Source: the human T2T-CHM13v2.0 reference genome, Homo sapiens | DNA length: 64,000 nt | Direction: 5' to 3' (one strand) | NCBI RefSeq assembly: GCF_009914755.1 | Contig: NC_060926.1 | Position numbers and translations under genes: made by a program | Shown here: piece by piece, positions 30,681 to 45,179 of the stretch | How the letters are laid out: each line of letters opens with the position of its first letter | How positions within the stretch are numbered: position 1 is the first letter of the stretch | The notes under the pieces: model-generated | The model's input: only the letters and a program-made list of their open reading frames with translations | The model's database searches: none | What the model was told of the DNA's origin: nothing

Positions 30681-33600
30681 TTCCATAACTTGAGGTCTTA
30701 GATTTAAGTATTTAATCCATTTTGATTTGATTTTTGTATATGGTGAAAGATAGGGGACTAGTTTGATTCTTCTGCTTACGGATATCTGGTTTTCCCAGCA
30801 CCATTTATTGAGGAGACTTTCTTTTCCCCAGGGTATGTTCTTGGCACCTTTGTCAAAATCGACTTCACTATAGGTGTGTAGATTTGTTTCTAGGTTTTCT
30901 ATTTTGTTCTATGGGCCTATGTGTGTGGTTTTATGCCAGTATCATGCTGTTTGGTTACAGTAGCTCTGTAGTATCATTTGATGACAGGTAATGTGATTCC
31001 TCCAGTTTTGTTCTTTTTGTTTGGAATAGCTTTGGCTATTCTGAGTCTTTTATGGTGCCATATAAATATTAGGATTTTTTTTCTATTTCTGTGAAGAATG
31101 TAATTGGTATTTTCGTAGGGATTGCATTGAATCTGTAGATTGTTTTACTAGAATTGACATTTTAAAAATACTGATTCTTCTAATCTATCAACATGGAATA
31201 TTTTTCTATTTTTTGTTGTCCTTTTCAATTTGTTTCATCAGTTTTTTACAGTTTTCATTATAGGGATCTTTTACTTCTTTGGTTATCCTAGGTATTTAAT
31301 TTTATGTGTGGCTACAGTGAATGGGATTCCTTTTTAAATTTTTTTTCACATTCTTCACTGTTGGCATATAAAAATGCTATTGATATTTGTCTGTTGATTT
31401 TGTATCCTGTAACTTTACTGAATTTATCAGTTCTAATAGTTTTCTTGTGGAATCTTTAGGTTTTTCCAAACATCAGATCATATCATCTGAAAACAAGGAT
31501 AATTTGACTTCTTCCTTTCCAACTTGGATGACCTTTATATCTTTCTTTTGTCTGATTGCTCTAGCTAGGACTTCCACTATCATGTTGAATAACAAGGATG
31601 ACAGTGGGCATACTTGTTGTGCTCTAGATCTTAGAGGAAAAGCTTTCAGTTTTCTCCTATTCAGTATGATACTGGCTGTAAGACTGTCATATATGGCTTT
31701 TATTATGTTGAGGTATATTCCTTCTATCTCCAGTTTTTTTAGTGTTTTTATTATGAAGGAATGTTGAATTTTATCAAATACTTTTACAGCATCAATTGAA
31801 ATGATCATATGGTTTTTATCCTTCATTCTTTTGATATGATGTATTACATTGATTGATTGGCGTAAGTTAAACCATCCTTGCATTCCAGGGATAAATCCCA
31901 CTTGGTCATGATGAATAATCTTCTTAATGTATTGTTGAATTCAGTTTGCTATTACTTTGTTCAGGCTGTTTGCATCAATATTCATCAGAGATATTCACCT
32001 GTAGTTTTCTTCTATTTGTTGTATCTTTGTCTGGTTTTGGCATCAGGCTAATACTGGCCTTGTAGAAGGAGTTTGGAAGTACTCCCACCTTTGTTTTTTA
32101 GAATATTTTGAGTAGGATTGGTATTAGTTCTTCTTTGAATGTTTGGTAGAATTCAGCAGTGAAGCCATCAGGTCCTGGACTTTTCTTCACTGAGAGACTT
32201 TTTATTATGGCTTCAATCTTGTTACTTGTTATTGGTCAGTTCAGGTTTTGGATTTCTTCCTGGTTCATTCCTGGTAGGTTGTACGTATTTAGGAATTTGA
32301 CCATTTCTTCCAGATTTTCCAATATGTTGGCTTATAGTTGCTCACACGAGCCACTAATGATCTTTTGAATTTCTGCAGTATCAGTTGTAATGTTTCCTTT
32401 TTCATTTCTCTTTCAAAAATTTCTCTTTTTAATTTCTAGTTTCATACCATTGTGGTCAGAGAAGATGCTTGATATTATTTCAATTTTTTGAACGTTTTAA
32501 GACTTGTTTTATGCTCTAATATATAGTCTATCATTGAGAATGATCCATTTGCTGAGTAAAATAATATGTATTCTGTAGCTCTTAGATGAAATGTTTTGTA
32601 AATATCTATGAGATCCATTTGGTCTATAGTGCTGATTAAGTCTGATGTTTCTTTATTGATATAGTGCCAGTAAGATCTGTCCAATGCTGAAAGTGGGGTG
32701 TTGATATCTCCAGCTATTATTGTATTGGGACTATCTCTCTCTTTAGCTCTAATAATAGTTCCTTTATATATTTGGGTGCTCCACTGTTGGGTGCATATAT
32801 ATTTAACATTGTTATATTATCTTGCTGAATTAACCCCTTTATAATTATATGATGACTTTATTTGTCTCTTCTTATAGTTTTTGTCTTGAAATCTATTTTG
32901 TCTGATAGAAGTATCACAGCTGCTGCTCTTTTTTGGCTTCCATCAGCATGGAATATCTTTTTTTATCCCTTTATTTTCAGTTTATGTGTGTCTTTGTAGG
33001 TTAAGTGTGTTTCTTAGGAATAGATCCATTAAGATTTTGTTTTGTCATCCATTCAGCCAGTCTATGTCTTTTCATTGGTGAGTTTAGTGCATTTACATTC
33101 AATGTTATTATTGATAAGTAAGGAATTACTTCTGCCATTTTGTTATTTGTTTTTGGGTTGTTTTGTGGTCTTCTCTTCTTTCTTTCTTTCCTGTCTTCTT
33201 ATAGTGAAGGTGATTTTCCCTGGAGATATGATTATTTTCTTGCTTTATATTTTTTGTGTGTCCATTGTATATTTTTTGGTTACCCTGAGGCTTGCAAATA
33301 CTATCTTATAACCCATTATTTTAACCTGATAAAATCACTGTTTGCATAAACAAACAAACAAAATGAACACTAATAAAAACTATATGCATTAACTTTGTCT
33401 CCCTCACTTTTTAACTTTTTATTGTTTCTATTTATATCTTATTGTACTGATTATGTCTTGACAAGTTGTGGTAGTTACTATTTTTTATTGGTTCATTGTT
33501 TAATCTTTCTACTTAGGATTAAAGGAGTTCACATGCCACAGTTACAGTGTTATAATACTGTGTGTTTTCCTGTGTACTTACTATTACCAGTGAGTTTCAT

Positions 33601-34107
33601 ACATTCATGTGATTATTTATTGCTTGTTGGTGTCCCTTTCTTACTGCTTGAAGCACTCCCTTTAGCATTACTTTTTATTTATTTGTTTATTATTTCGATA
33701 GTTTTAGGGGAACAGGTATTATTTGGTTACATGGATAAGTTCTTTAGTGGTGATTTTTGAAATTTTGGTGCACCTATAACCCGAGCAGTGTACACTGTAC
33801 CCAAGATGTAGACTTTTATCTGTCATCCCTCTCCCAACCTTCCTCCCGAACCCTCAAAGTCCACTATATCATTCTTATGCCTTTACATCTTCATACCTTA
33901 CCTCCCACTTATAAGTGAGAATGTAAGAGGCTTGGTTTTCCGCTCCTGAGTAACTTCACTTGGAATAATGGTCTCCAACTCCATCCAAATTGCTGTGAAT
34001 GCCATTATTTCACTCATATATATATATATTCCATGGTACATATATATATACTCCACATTTTCTTTATCCTCTTGTTGATTTATGTGCATTGGGCTGGTTT
34101 CATATTT

Positions 34108-34412
34108 CTTTTTCTTTCTTTTTTTTTTTTTGAGACAGAGTCTCGCTTTGTTGCCCAGGCTGGGGTGCAGTGATGGGATCTCGACTCACTGCAAGCTCCA
34201 CCTCCCAGTTCATGCCATTCTCCTGCCTCAGCCTCCTGAGTAGCTGGGAATACAGGTGCCCGCCACCATGCCTGGCTAATTTTTTTGTATTTGTAATAGA
34301 GATGGGGTTTCACCATGCTAGCCAGGATGGTCTCGATCTCCTGACCTTGTGATCTGCCTGCCTTAGGCTCCCAAAGTGCTCGGATTACAGGCGTGAGCCA
34401 CCATGCCCAGCC
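34108..34412 (-). mobile_element. AluY
   Basis: TSD CTGGTTTCATATTT at 34094 and 34413. Confidence 0.95.
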
Positions 34413-36848
34413 CTGGTTTCATATTTTTGCAATCGTGAATTGTGCTGCTGTAAGCATGTGCAAGTGTCTTTTTCATTTAATGACTTCTTTTCCTCTAGGT
34501 AGATACTCAGTAGTGGGATTGCTGGATCAAATTATAGATTTACTTTTAGTTTTTTCAGGAATCTCCATACTGTTTTCCATACTGGTTGTACTGGTTCACA
34601 TTCCCACCAGCAGTGTAAAAGTGTTCACTTTTCACAACACCCATGCCAACATCTATTATATTTTGTTTTTTAATAATGGCCATTCTTTCAGCAGTAGGGT
34701 GGTATTGCATTGCGGTTTTGATTTGCATTTTCCTGATGATTAGTGATGTTAAGAATTTTTTTATAATTGTGATTATGAAAAAAATTAGTGACTGAAGCAC
34801 TCCCTTGTTTCTTGACCATTTGTATATCTTCTTTTGAGAATTTTATATTCATGTCCTTTCCCTACTTTTTGATGGGATTAGTTTTTCATGCTGATTTGTT
34901 TGAGTTCCTTGTAGATTCTGAATATTATTCCTTTGTCAGATGTATAGTTTGCAAAAATTTTCTTCCACTCTGTGGGTTGTCTGCTGGCTCTGCTGATTAT
35001 TTCTTGCTGTGCAGAAGCATTTTAGTTTAATTAAGTACCGTCTATTTGTCTTTCCTTTTGTTGCATTTGCTTTTGGGTACTTGGTCATGAACTCTTAGCC
35101 TAAGCCAATGTCTAAAAGAGTTTTTCCAATGTTGTCTTCTGAAATTTTTATGGTTTCTGGTCTTATATTTAAGTCTTTGATTCATCTTGAGTTGATTTTT
35201 TGTATAAGGTGAGAGATGAGGATCTAGTTTTATTCTTCTACATGTGGCTTGCCAATTTTCCCAGTACCATTTGTTGAATAGGGTGTATTTTCCCCGCTTT
35301 ATATTTTTGTTTGCTTTGTCAAAGATCAGTTGGCTGTAAGTATTTGGGTTTATTTGGGGGTTCTTTATTCTGTTCCATTGGTCTATGTGCCTATTTTTAT
35401 GCCAGTACCTTGCTGTTTTCATGACTATAGCCTTGTAGTATAGTTTGAAGTTGGGTAATATTATGCCCCCAGATTTGTGCTTTTTGATTAGTCTTGTTTT
35501 GATCATGTGTGTGCACTCATTTTTGGTTCCATGTGAATTTTAGGATTATTTTTTCTAGTTCTGTAAAGAATGATGTTGGTATTTTGATGGGAATTGCATT
35601 GAATTTGTAGATTGCTTTTGGCAGTATGGTCATATTTACAATATTGATTCTACCTGTCCATGAGCATGGGATGTGTATCCATTTGTTTGTTTCATCTATG
35701 ATTTCTTTCAGCAGTGTTTTGTAGTTCTCCTTGTACAGATCTTTCACCTCCTTGGTTAGGTGGATTCCTAAGCTTTTTGTTTGTTTTGCAGCTATTGTAA
35801 AAGGGGTTCAGTTCTTGATTTGATTCTCAGCTTGGTCACTGTTCGTGTATAACAATGCTACTGATTTGTGTACATTGATTTTATATCTTAAAACTTTACA
35901 GAATTCATTTATCATATCTTGGAGCTTTTTGGATGAGTGTTTAGGGGTTTCTAGGTGTATGAACCTAAATTGGCAAAAAGTGACATTTTGACTTCCTTTT
36001 TATCAATTTGGTTGCCCTTTATTTCTTTCTTCTGTCTCATTGCTCTAGCCAGGACTTCCAGTACTATGTTGAATAGAGATGGTGAAAGTGGGCATCCTTG
36101 TCATGTTCCAGTTCTCAGGGGGAATGCTTTCAACATTTCCTTGTTCAATATAATGTTGGCTGTGGGTTTGTCATAGATGACTTTTATTACCTTAAGTTAT
36201 GTCCCTTCTATGCTGATTTTGCTGAGGGTTTAAATCATAAAGGCATGCTGGATTTTGTCGAATGCTTTTTCTGTATCTATTGAGATAATCATGTGATTTT
36301 TGTTTTAAATTCTGTTTATATGACATGTCACATTTATTGACTTGCATATTTTGAACCATTCCTGCATCCCTGTAAGAAACCCACTTGATCTTTTTGATAT
36401 GCTGTTAGATTCAGCTAGTTAGTATTTTGTCGAGGATTTTTGCATCTATGTTTATCAGGCATATTGGTCTGTAGTTTTCTTTCTTTGTTATGTCCTTTTC
36501 TTGTTTTGGTGTTAGGGTGATACTGGCTTCATAGAATGATTTAGGGAGGATTTTCTCTTTCTGTATCTTTTGGAGTAGCTTCAGTAGGATTGGTACCAAT
36601 TCTTCTTTGAATGTCGGATAGAATTCAGTTGTGCATTCATCTGGTCCTGGACTTTTGTTGTTGTTGGCAATTTTTTAATTATCATTTCAATCTGCTGCTT
36701 GTTATTGGTCTGTTGAGAGTTTCCTTTTTTTTCCTAGTTTAATCTAGGAGGGTTGTATTTTTCCAGGAATTATCCATCTTCTCTGGGTTTTCTAGTTTGT
36801 GCATTTAAATGTATTCATAGTAGCCTTGAATGACCTTTTGTATTTCTG

Positions 36849-37133
36849 TTTTTGAGATGAAGTCTCACTCTGTTGCCCAGGCTGGAGTGTAGTGGCTAAT
36901 CTCGGCTCACGGCAAGCTCTGACTCCCGGGTTCATGCCATTCTCCTGGCTCAGCCTCCTGAGTAGCTGGGACTACAGGCACCTGCCACCACGCCCAGCTA
37001 ATTTTTTGTATTTTTTAGTAGAGACGGGGTTTCACTGTGTTAGCCAGGATGGTCTCGATTTCCTGACCTCGTGATCCGCCCGTCTTGGCCTCCCAGAGTG
37101 CTGGGATTACAGGCGTGAGCCATCGTGCCCGGC
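36849..37133 (-). mobile_element. AluY with very short tail
   Basis: ~20-bp TSD TGA(C/T)CTTTTGTATTTCT(G/A)TT at 36831 and 37134. Confidence 0.95.
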
Positions 37134-40100
37134 TGATCTTTTGTATTTCTATTGTATTGGTTATAGTATCTCCCATTTCATTTCTGATTGAGCTTCTTTG
37201 GATCGTCTATCTTCCTTTCTTTATTAATCTCACTAATAGTCTATCAATTGTGTTTATCTTTTCAATAAACTAGCTTTTTGTTTCATTTATCTTTTGCATT
37301 TTGTTTGTTTCAATTTCTTTTAGTTCTGCTCTGATCTCGCTTATGTCTTTTCTTCTGCTGGGTTTGGGTTTGGTTTGTTCTTGTTTCTCTAATTCTTTGA
37401 GGTGTAACCTTAGATTATCTATTCATGCTCTTTCAAACTTTTTGATGTAGGCATTTAATGCTACTAACTATTTTCTTAGCAGGGATTTTGCTGTTTCCCA
37501 GAGGTTGTGTCATGTTTGATAGGTTGTATCATTCAGTTCAAATCAATTTTTAATTTCCATCTTGATTTCATTGTTGACCCAAAGACCATTCAGGAGCAGA
37601 TTATTTAATTTTTATGTATTTTCATGATTTTGAGGGTTCCTTTTGGAGTTGATTTCCAATTTTGTCCCATTGTGGTCTGAGAGAGTACTTGATATAATTT
37701 TATTTTCTTAAATTTATTGAGACTTGTTTTGTGGCCTATGATATGTCCTATCTTGGAGAATGTTCCTTGTGCTTATGAATAGAATGTATATTCTACAGTT
37801 GCTAGGTAGAATGTTCTGTAGGTATTTGTTAAGCCCATTTGTTCTAGGGTATAGTTTAAGTCTGTTGTTTATTTGTTAACTTTCTGTCTTGATGACCTGT
37901 CTAGCGCTGTCTGTGGAATATTGAAGTTCCTCAATATTATTGTGTTATCTATCTCATTTCTTAGGTCTAGTAGTAACTATTTTATAAATTTGGGAGCTCC
38001 AATGTTAGGTGCATATATATTTAGGATTGTGATATTTTCCTGTTGCATTTTTCTCTTTATCATTTTTATATAATGTTCCTCTTTGTCTTTTTTAACTGCT
38101 GTCACTTTAAAGTCTGTTTTGTCTAAGAATAGTTGACTCCTTCTTGCTTTTGGTGTCCATTGCATACAATATCTTTCTTCCATCTTTTCACCTTAAGTTT
38201 ATATGAGTCCTTATGTGTTAGATGAGTCTTTTGAAGACAGAGGATACTTGATTGGTGAATTCTGTCCATTCTGCCATTCTGTAGCTTTTAAGTGGAGCAT
38301 TTAGACCATTTACATTCAAAGTTAGTATTGAGATATGAGGTACTATTCTATTCACCATGCCATTTGTTGCCTGAATACCTTGGGATTTTTGTATTGTGTT
38401 GTTGTTTTATAGGTCCTATGAGATTTATGCTTTAAAGAGATTCTATTTTGGTATATTTTGAGGATTTGTTTCAAGATTTAGAGCTCCTTTTAGCAGTTCT
38501 TGTAGTGCTGGCTTCGTAGTGCTGAATTCTCTCAGCATTTGTTTGTGTGAAAAAGACTTTATCTCCCCTTCGTTTATGAAACTTAGTTTTGCTGGCAAAA
38601 AAATCTTAGCTGATAATTGTTTTTTTAAGGAGGCTAAAGATAGGATCCCATCCCTGCTAGCTTACAGGGTTTCTGCTGAGAAATCTGCTGTAAATCTGAT
38701 ACATTTTCCTTTGTAGATTATTTGATGATTTTACCTCATAGCTCTTTAGATTCTTTCCTTTGTCTTGACTTTAAGTAACCTGATAAGTATGTGCCTAAGC
38801 TATAATCTTTTTGCAATGAATTTCCTGGGTGTTCTTTGAGCTTCTTGTACTTGGATGTCTATATTTCTAGCTAGGCCAGGGATGTTTTCCTTGATTATTC
38901 CCTCAAATAAGTTTTCCAAACTTTTAGATTTCTCTTCTTCCTCAGGAACATCAATTATTCTTAAGTTTGTTCAATAATCCCAAACTTCTTGGAGAATTTG
39001 TTCATTTTCTTAAATTCTTTTTTTCTTTATCTGTGTTGGATTGGGTTAATTTGAAAGCCTTGTCTTTGAGCTCTGAAGGTCTTCCTTTTACTTTTTCTAG
39101 TTTATTGTTGAAATTTTCCAGGGTATTTTGTATTTATCTAAGTGTGTCTTTCATTTCCAGAAGTTGTGATTCTTTTTTATTTATGATGTCTATTCTCTGG
39201 AGATTTTTTTCATCCATATTCTGTTTTTAAGTTTTGGTTGTTTTAATTTAAGTTTGTTTTCTCCTTTCTTTGGTGCCTCCTTGAGTAGCTTAATAATTGA
39301 CCTTCTGAATTCTTTTTCTGACAATTCAGATATTTCTTCTTGGTTTGGATCCATTGCTAGTGAACTAGTGTGATCTTCTGGAGGTGTTATAGAACCTTGT
39401 TTTTTAATATTACCAGAATTGTTTTTCTGGTTCCTTCTCATTTGGGTAGACTATGTCAGTGGAAAGATCTGGAGCACAGAAGCTGCTGTTCAGATTATTT
39501 TTTTCTCATTGGGTGCTCCCTTGATGTGGTGTTCTCCCCCTTTTCCTAGGGATGCAGCTTCCTGAGAGCTGGACTGCCGTGATTGTTATTTGTCTTCTGG
39601 GTCTAGCCACCCAGTGGGGCTACAGGGCTCTGGTCTGATACTGGGGAGTGTCTGCTAAGAGTTCTGTGATGTGATCTGTCTTCAGATCTCCCAGCTGTAA
39701 GTACCAGAACCTGCTCTCATGGAGGTAGCAGGAGAGCGAATTTGAGGCTGTGAGAGTCCTTGGTTGTAGTTGTTTAGTCCACTGTCTTTTTTGAATGCTG
39801 GGTATGCTAGCAGTAAAGTTGTCATATGGACAGACTCAGGACTTCTGGTTAGCAAGGGTGTTAAAGTTAGTAGAATTAGCTGTTATTTTCTCCTTCCTTG
39901 GAGCAGGGTTGTTCTGTTATGACTTGCTGTAATGGCTTGAGTTGGTTGGCCTTCATCCATGAGGTAATGCTTTCAAGAGATCACCAGCTGCAGTAGTATA
40001 GAGGGGATACACCTTGCCCTGAGGCCACCAGGATAAGTATTTGGGTTTCTCTGGTAATGGATAGGGCTATAGAGCTTCCAAGAGTTTGTGTCTTTTGTGT

Positions 40101-40811
40101 TCAGCTACCAGGGTTTGTAGAGACAAACCATCAGGACGGGGCAGGGTTAAGTGGGTCTGACCTCAGACTCTCCTTGGGTGGGGCTTGCTGCAACCACTGT
40201 GGGGAATGTGGGGGTTGTTCTCAAGCCAATGGAGTTACGTTCTGAAGGGAATTAAGGCTGCCTCTGATGTGTCATACAGGTTGTCAGGGAAGTGGAGGAA
40301 AGCTGGCAGTGACAGGCCTCACCCAGCTCCCAGGAAGCCAGCAAGGCCAGTCTCACTTCTGCTGTGCTCTGTCAACAACAAACAGTGCCAAGTTTATATC
40401 CAGGCCTCCGGCACACAGGGCTACAAGACTCCCTGCTGAGAAAGAAAGCAGGGCTTTTAGGCTTTGCCCTTCCCTGTCTGCCACAGCTTCTGTGCTTATG
40501 TCTGCACTTTGCATTTGCTCCCCAGACTCTGCCCAGGAAAATTCACTCTCTCTTGAATTTACTACAAAGTTTAGTGGAAGCCTTCTTCTCCCTGTGGCCC
40601 TTCCCTGATTCCACTGGCTGCGTTCCCCAAAGGCCCCTGTGAAATTAAAGTCAGAAATGGCTTCCTTGGGGTTCCCTGAAGATTGGGCATGCCTACAAGG
40701 CTCTTCCCATTGCTCATTCTACTTTTGTATTTTACTTGGCTCTCTAATTTTGTTTCAGCTCTTGGTAAGGGTAAATTATTCTCTTGTGATCCTTATTTTC
40801 ATTTTCCTGAG

Positions 40812-41190
40812 TGTATTAGTCCATTGTCACACTGCTATAAAGATACTACCTGAGACTGGGTAATTTATAAACAAAGAAGGTTTAATTGCCTCACAGTTCC
40901 ACATGGCTGGGGAGGCCTCAGGAAATTTACAATCATGGTGGAAAGGGAAGCAAGAACTTTCCTCACAAGGCAGCAGGAGATAGTGTGAACATGTGAAGGA
41001 GGAATTGTCACATACTTGCAAAACCATCAGATGTCATGATAAGTCACTCACTATCATGAGAACAGCATGGGGAAACCATCCACTTGATCCAATCACCTCC
41101 TTCTTTTGACACATGGGGATTACAGGTCCCTCCTTGAGGATTACAATTCAAGATGAGATTTGGGTGGGGACACAGAGCCAAACCATATTA
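40812..41190 (-). mobile_element. THE1D/MSTA-type MaLR solo LTR
   Basis: TGTATTAGTCC...GAGATTTGGGTGGGGACACAGAGCCAAACCATATTA; TSD CTGAG/CTCAG. Confidence 0.9.
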
Positions 41191-41483
41191 CTCAGTGAGG
41201 ATGTGTGTTTGGGGGCAGACTTTCCACCTCTCGCACTTTGGGAACGCACAATGTTTCAGCTGTTTCATGGAGGTTGCAGCAGCAAGCCACTTCTTCCAAA
41301 GGGTTTGTGAATTATTTTGGTTTTCCTGTTGTGTTCCCTGCAGTGGTTCTTGGAGCAAAAGTTCACAATGTGAATCTCCACACGCTAGTTCTGTCCATCT
41401 GAGTGGGAGCTACAAGTTAGTCTTGTCTCCTATCGGCAAGTTTTTTCATCACCAACTTCCTTTAGTATTTCTTATAGGACAGG

Positions 41484-41958
41484 TGTGATGGTTAATACTG
41501 AGTGTCAGCTTGATTGCATTGAAGGATACAAAATATTGATCCTGGGTGTGTCTGTGAGGGTGTTACCAAAGGAGATAAACATTTGAGTCAGTGGGTTGGG
41601 AAAGGCAGACCCACTCTTAATCTGAGTGGGCACCATCTAATCAGCTGCCAGCATGGCTAGAATATAAGCAGGCAGAAAAATGTGAAAAGAGAGACTGGTC
41701 TAACCTCCCAGCCTACATCTCTTTTCCATGCTGGATGCTTTCTGCCCTCAAACATCGAACTCCACGTTCTTCAGTTTTGGAACTCAGACTGGCTTTCCTT
41801 GCTCCTCAGCCTGCAGATGGCTTATTGTGGGACCTTGTGATCATGTGAGTTAATACTTAATAAACTCCCCTTTATATGTATGTGTGTGTGTATGTGTGTG
41901 TGTGTATATATATATATATCCATTAGTTTTGTCCCGCTAGAGAACTCTGGCTAATATA
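41484..41958 (+). mobile_element. MLT2A (HERV-L) solo LTR
   Basis: TGTGATGGTTAATACTGAGTGTCAGCTTGATTG...; internal (TG)/(TA) tract; 5-bp TSD ACAGG at 41479 and 41959. Confidence 0.9.
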
Positions 41959-42178
41959 ACAGGTCTGATATTGATGAAATGCCTCAGCTTTTTGTCTGGG
42001 GAAGTCTTTATTTCTCTATGTTTAAAGAGTATTTTCACTGGATATGCTATTCTAGGGTAAAACTTGTTTTTGTTTGTTTGTTTGTTTGTTTTTATTCAGC
42101 ACTCTAAATATGTCATGGCACTCCCTCCTGGCCTATAAAGGTTTCCACTGAAAAGTTTGCTGCCAGATGTATTGGATC

Positions 42179-42183
<5 letters not shown>

Positions 42184-42234
<51 letters not shown>
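42184..42234. repeat. Pure (TA)n microsatellite, about 25 units
   Basis: Uninterrupted TA run. Confidence 0.95.
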
Positions 42235-42237
<3 letters not shown>

Positions 42238-42590
42238 ATCTCTTGCTGCTGTTATGATCCTTTCTTTATCTTTCATCTTTGGGAGTTTGATTATTAAATG
42301 ACTTGAGGTATTCTTTGTATTAAATCTGCTTGGTGTTCTACAACCTTCTTGTACTTGGATATCGGTATTTTTCTCTATGTATAGAAAGTTCTCCGTTATT
42401 ATCCCATTGAATAAACTTTCTACCCCTATCTCTTTTTCTACTTCCTCTTTATGGCCAATAACTCTTAGATTTGCCCTTTGGAGGCTATTTTCTAGATCCT
42501 GTAGGCGCCCTTCATTATTTTTTATTCTTTTATCTTTTGTGTCTTACGATTGTGTGTTTTCAAATAGCCTGTCTTCAAGCTCACTACTTC

Positions 42591-42952
<362 letters not shown>

Positions 42953-45179
42953 TGATGCACCCTTCAGTATGCTAATTGCATTTTTCAGCTATAGAATTTG
43001 TGCTCAATTCTTTTTAATTATTTCAATCTCTTTGTTAAATTTATCTGACAGAATTCTGAATTCCTTCTCTGTGTTGTCTTGAATTTCTTTGTGTTTCTTC
43101 AGCACAGCTATTTTGAATTCTCTGTCTGAAATGTCACATTTCTCTGTTTTTCCAGGATTGGTTCCTGGTGACTTATTTAGTTTATTTGGTGAGGTCATGT
43201 TTTCCTGGATAGTGTTGATGCTAGTAGACATTCTTCAGTGTCTGGGCATTAAAGATTTAGGTATTTATTTTAGTCCTCACTGTCTGGGCTTAGTTGTAGA
43301 CATCCTTCTTGGGAAAGCTTTCCAGATACTTGGAAGGATTGGGTATTGTGATCTAAGCTGTATCTACTTTAGGGGGCTCCCCAAACCCAGTAATGCTGTG
43401 TTTCTTACAGACTTGCAGAGGCACCTCCTTCACAGTCTTGGACAAGGTCCAGGAGAATCCTCTGGATTCCCAGGGAGACACTCTTGTTCTCTTCCCTTCC
43501 TTTCTCTCAGTCAGTCTCTTTCTCTCTTTCTCTCTCTCTCTGTTCTGAACCACCTAAATCTGTAGTTGGAGTAACATAAGCACCACTGTGGCTGCCACCA
43601 CTATGATGGTACTGGGTCAGACCTAAAGACAGCACAGTGCTGCATCTCACCCAAGGCCTGCTGTAACTACTTCCTGGCCACTGCTTATGTTCACTCAAGG
43701 CCTTGTGGCTCTACACTCAGCAGGGGGCAAAACCAGCCAGGCCTGTGTCCTTTTCTTCAGGGTGGCGATGTCCCTCAGGCCCTGGGTGGTTCCAAAGGCA
43801 CTGTCCAGGAGTCTGGGACTAGAGTCAAAAACCTTAGACGTCTGCCTGGTATTGTATTCGGCTGAGCTAGCTCTCAAATCACTTGATGCAGTTCTTCCCA
43901 CTTTTCTCTTCCCTTTCCAAAGGCAAAGGAGCCTCACTCCTGCAGCCACAACCACCGCAGGCCATGAGGAGTACTGCCAGACTACAAGCCAATGTTTCCT
44001 TAAGGCCCAAGGGCTCTTAAGGCAGCTGTGGTGAATGAGGAACTGGACTGGAACTCAGCTTTTAGGGCAGTGGGCTCCCTTCTGGCCCAGGGCAGGTCCA
44101 GAAACATCATCCAAGAGTCAGGTCCTGGAATTAGGGACCCCAAGAGTCTGCTTGGTGCTCTGCCTTCCTGTGGCTGTGCTGGTACCTGAGGCCAGCAAGT
44201 CTCAGTGTCTCACCCAAAGCCCTTGATGCAGTACCTGGGTATCGCTGCTGGTTATTCAGGGACTAAGGAATCTTAGTTAGCAGGTGATGAATGCTGTCAG
44301 GACTGAGTCCCTTCCTTCAAGGCAGTGGGTTCTTTTCTGGCCCAGGGTGTTTGTCTAAAAATGTCATTTGATAGCTAGGGCCTGTAACAGGGACCTCAGG
44401 ACTCTGTTGCCCTATCCTACTGTGTCTGACCTGGTATCCAAGAGGCAAGGCAAAGTCCTCTCCCTTCTTCTCTCTCCTCTTCTCAAGCAAAATGGAGGGG
44501 TCTCTTGGAGCTGGAAGCTCTGCAACTTGGGGATTAGGGGAGGGGTGATGCCAGCTCTCCCTTGGCTGTCCCAGCTGGTGTCTCAGTAGTCACGTGGCCC
44601 CCCCAGTCAACTGTCTGTGAGCCTAGTTCAGCATTAAGTGTCACCTAAGATTTGTAGTCCTTATGACCCAGACTGCCTTTCAAATTTACCTGGAGACAAG
44701 AGCGCTGTAGCCATCTGTGCTGAGGTTTGAAGGCACTCAAGTTCTGATGGCTGTGATCCAGGATTCTCCTCAGGCTGGGGCTGGTTTAAAGGTTCCCTCA
44801 GTGGGCCAGTGTCAGTTGAGTTTGGTTCAGTTTTCTTTTCTGTTCTAACAGGACACCACTGAGTTTAGTGCCTCACAATTGCTGTGCTCTCCCCACTACT
44901 CTGCCTAGAGATGCTCTGGGCACCCCTCCAAACCTGCCCCAGGTCAGGGAGGGGTGGCATCATGATTCAAAACTGTTTTTCCTATCCCTTCAGTGCCTCT
45001 TTCGACGATACAAAGTTACAACCAGGTACTATGAGTGCTCACCTGATTTCTGGTTCTTGTGAAGGTGTTTCTTCAGTGTAGATAGCTGTTAACTTGGTGT
45101 CCTTATGGGGGCGGGGTTGGGGGATGATGGAGTCTTCTATTCCACCATTTTGCTCTGCCTCTTCTCTAGAAGGCATTTT

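Larger units (their letters stand above)
33672..41452 (-). mobile_element. Near full-length degenerate L1PB-like element nested in the L1MA
   Basis: L1PB-type 3' end (GGGGAACAGG...GGTTACATGGATAAGTTCTTTAGTGGTG), ORF2 fragments 35042-35747, ORF1 fragment 39190-39441; TSD ACT(C/T)CCTTTAG(C/T)ATT at 33655 and 41455. Confidence 0.85.

Noticed and set aside
33672-41452. Potentially active full-length L1
   Set aside because: Many stops and frameshifts plus Alu and LTR insertions; old subfamily
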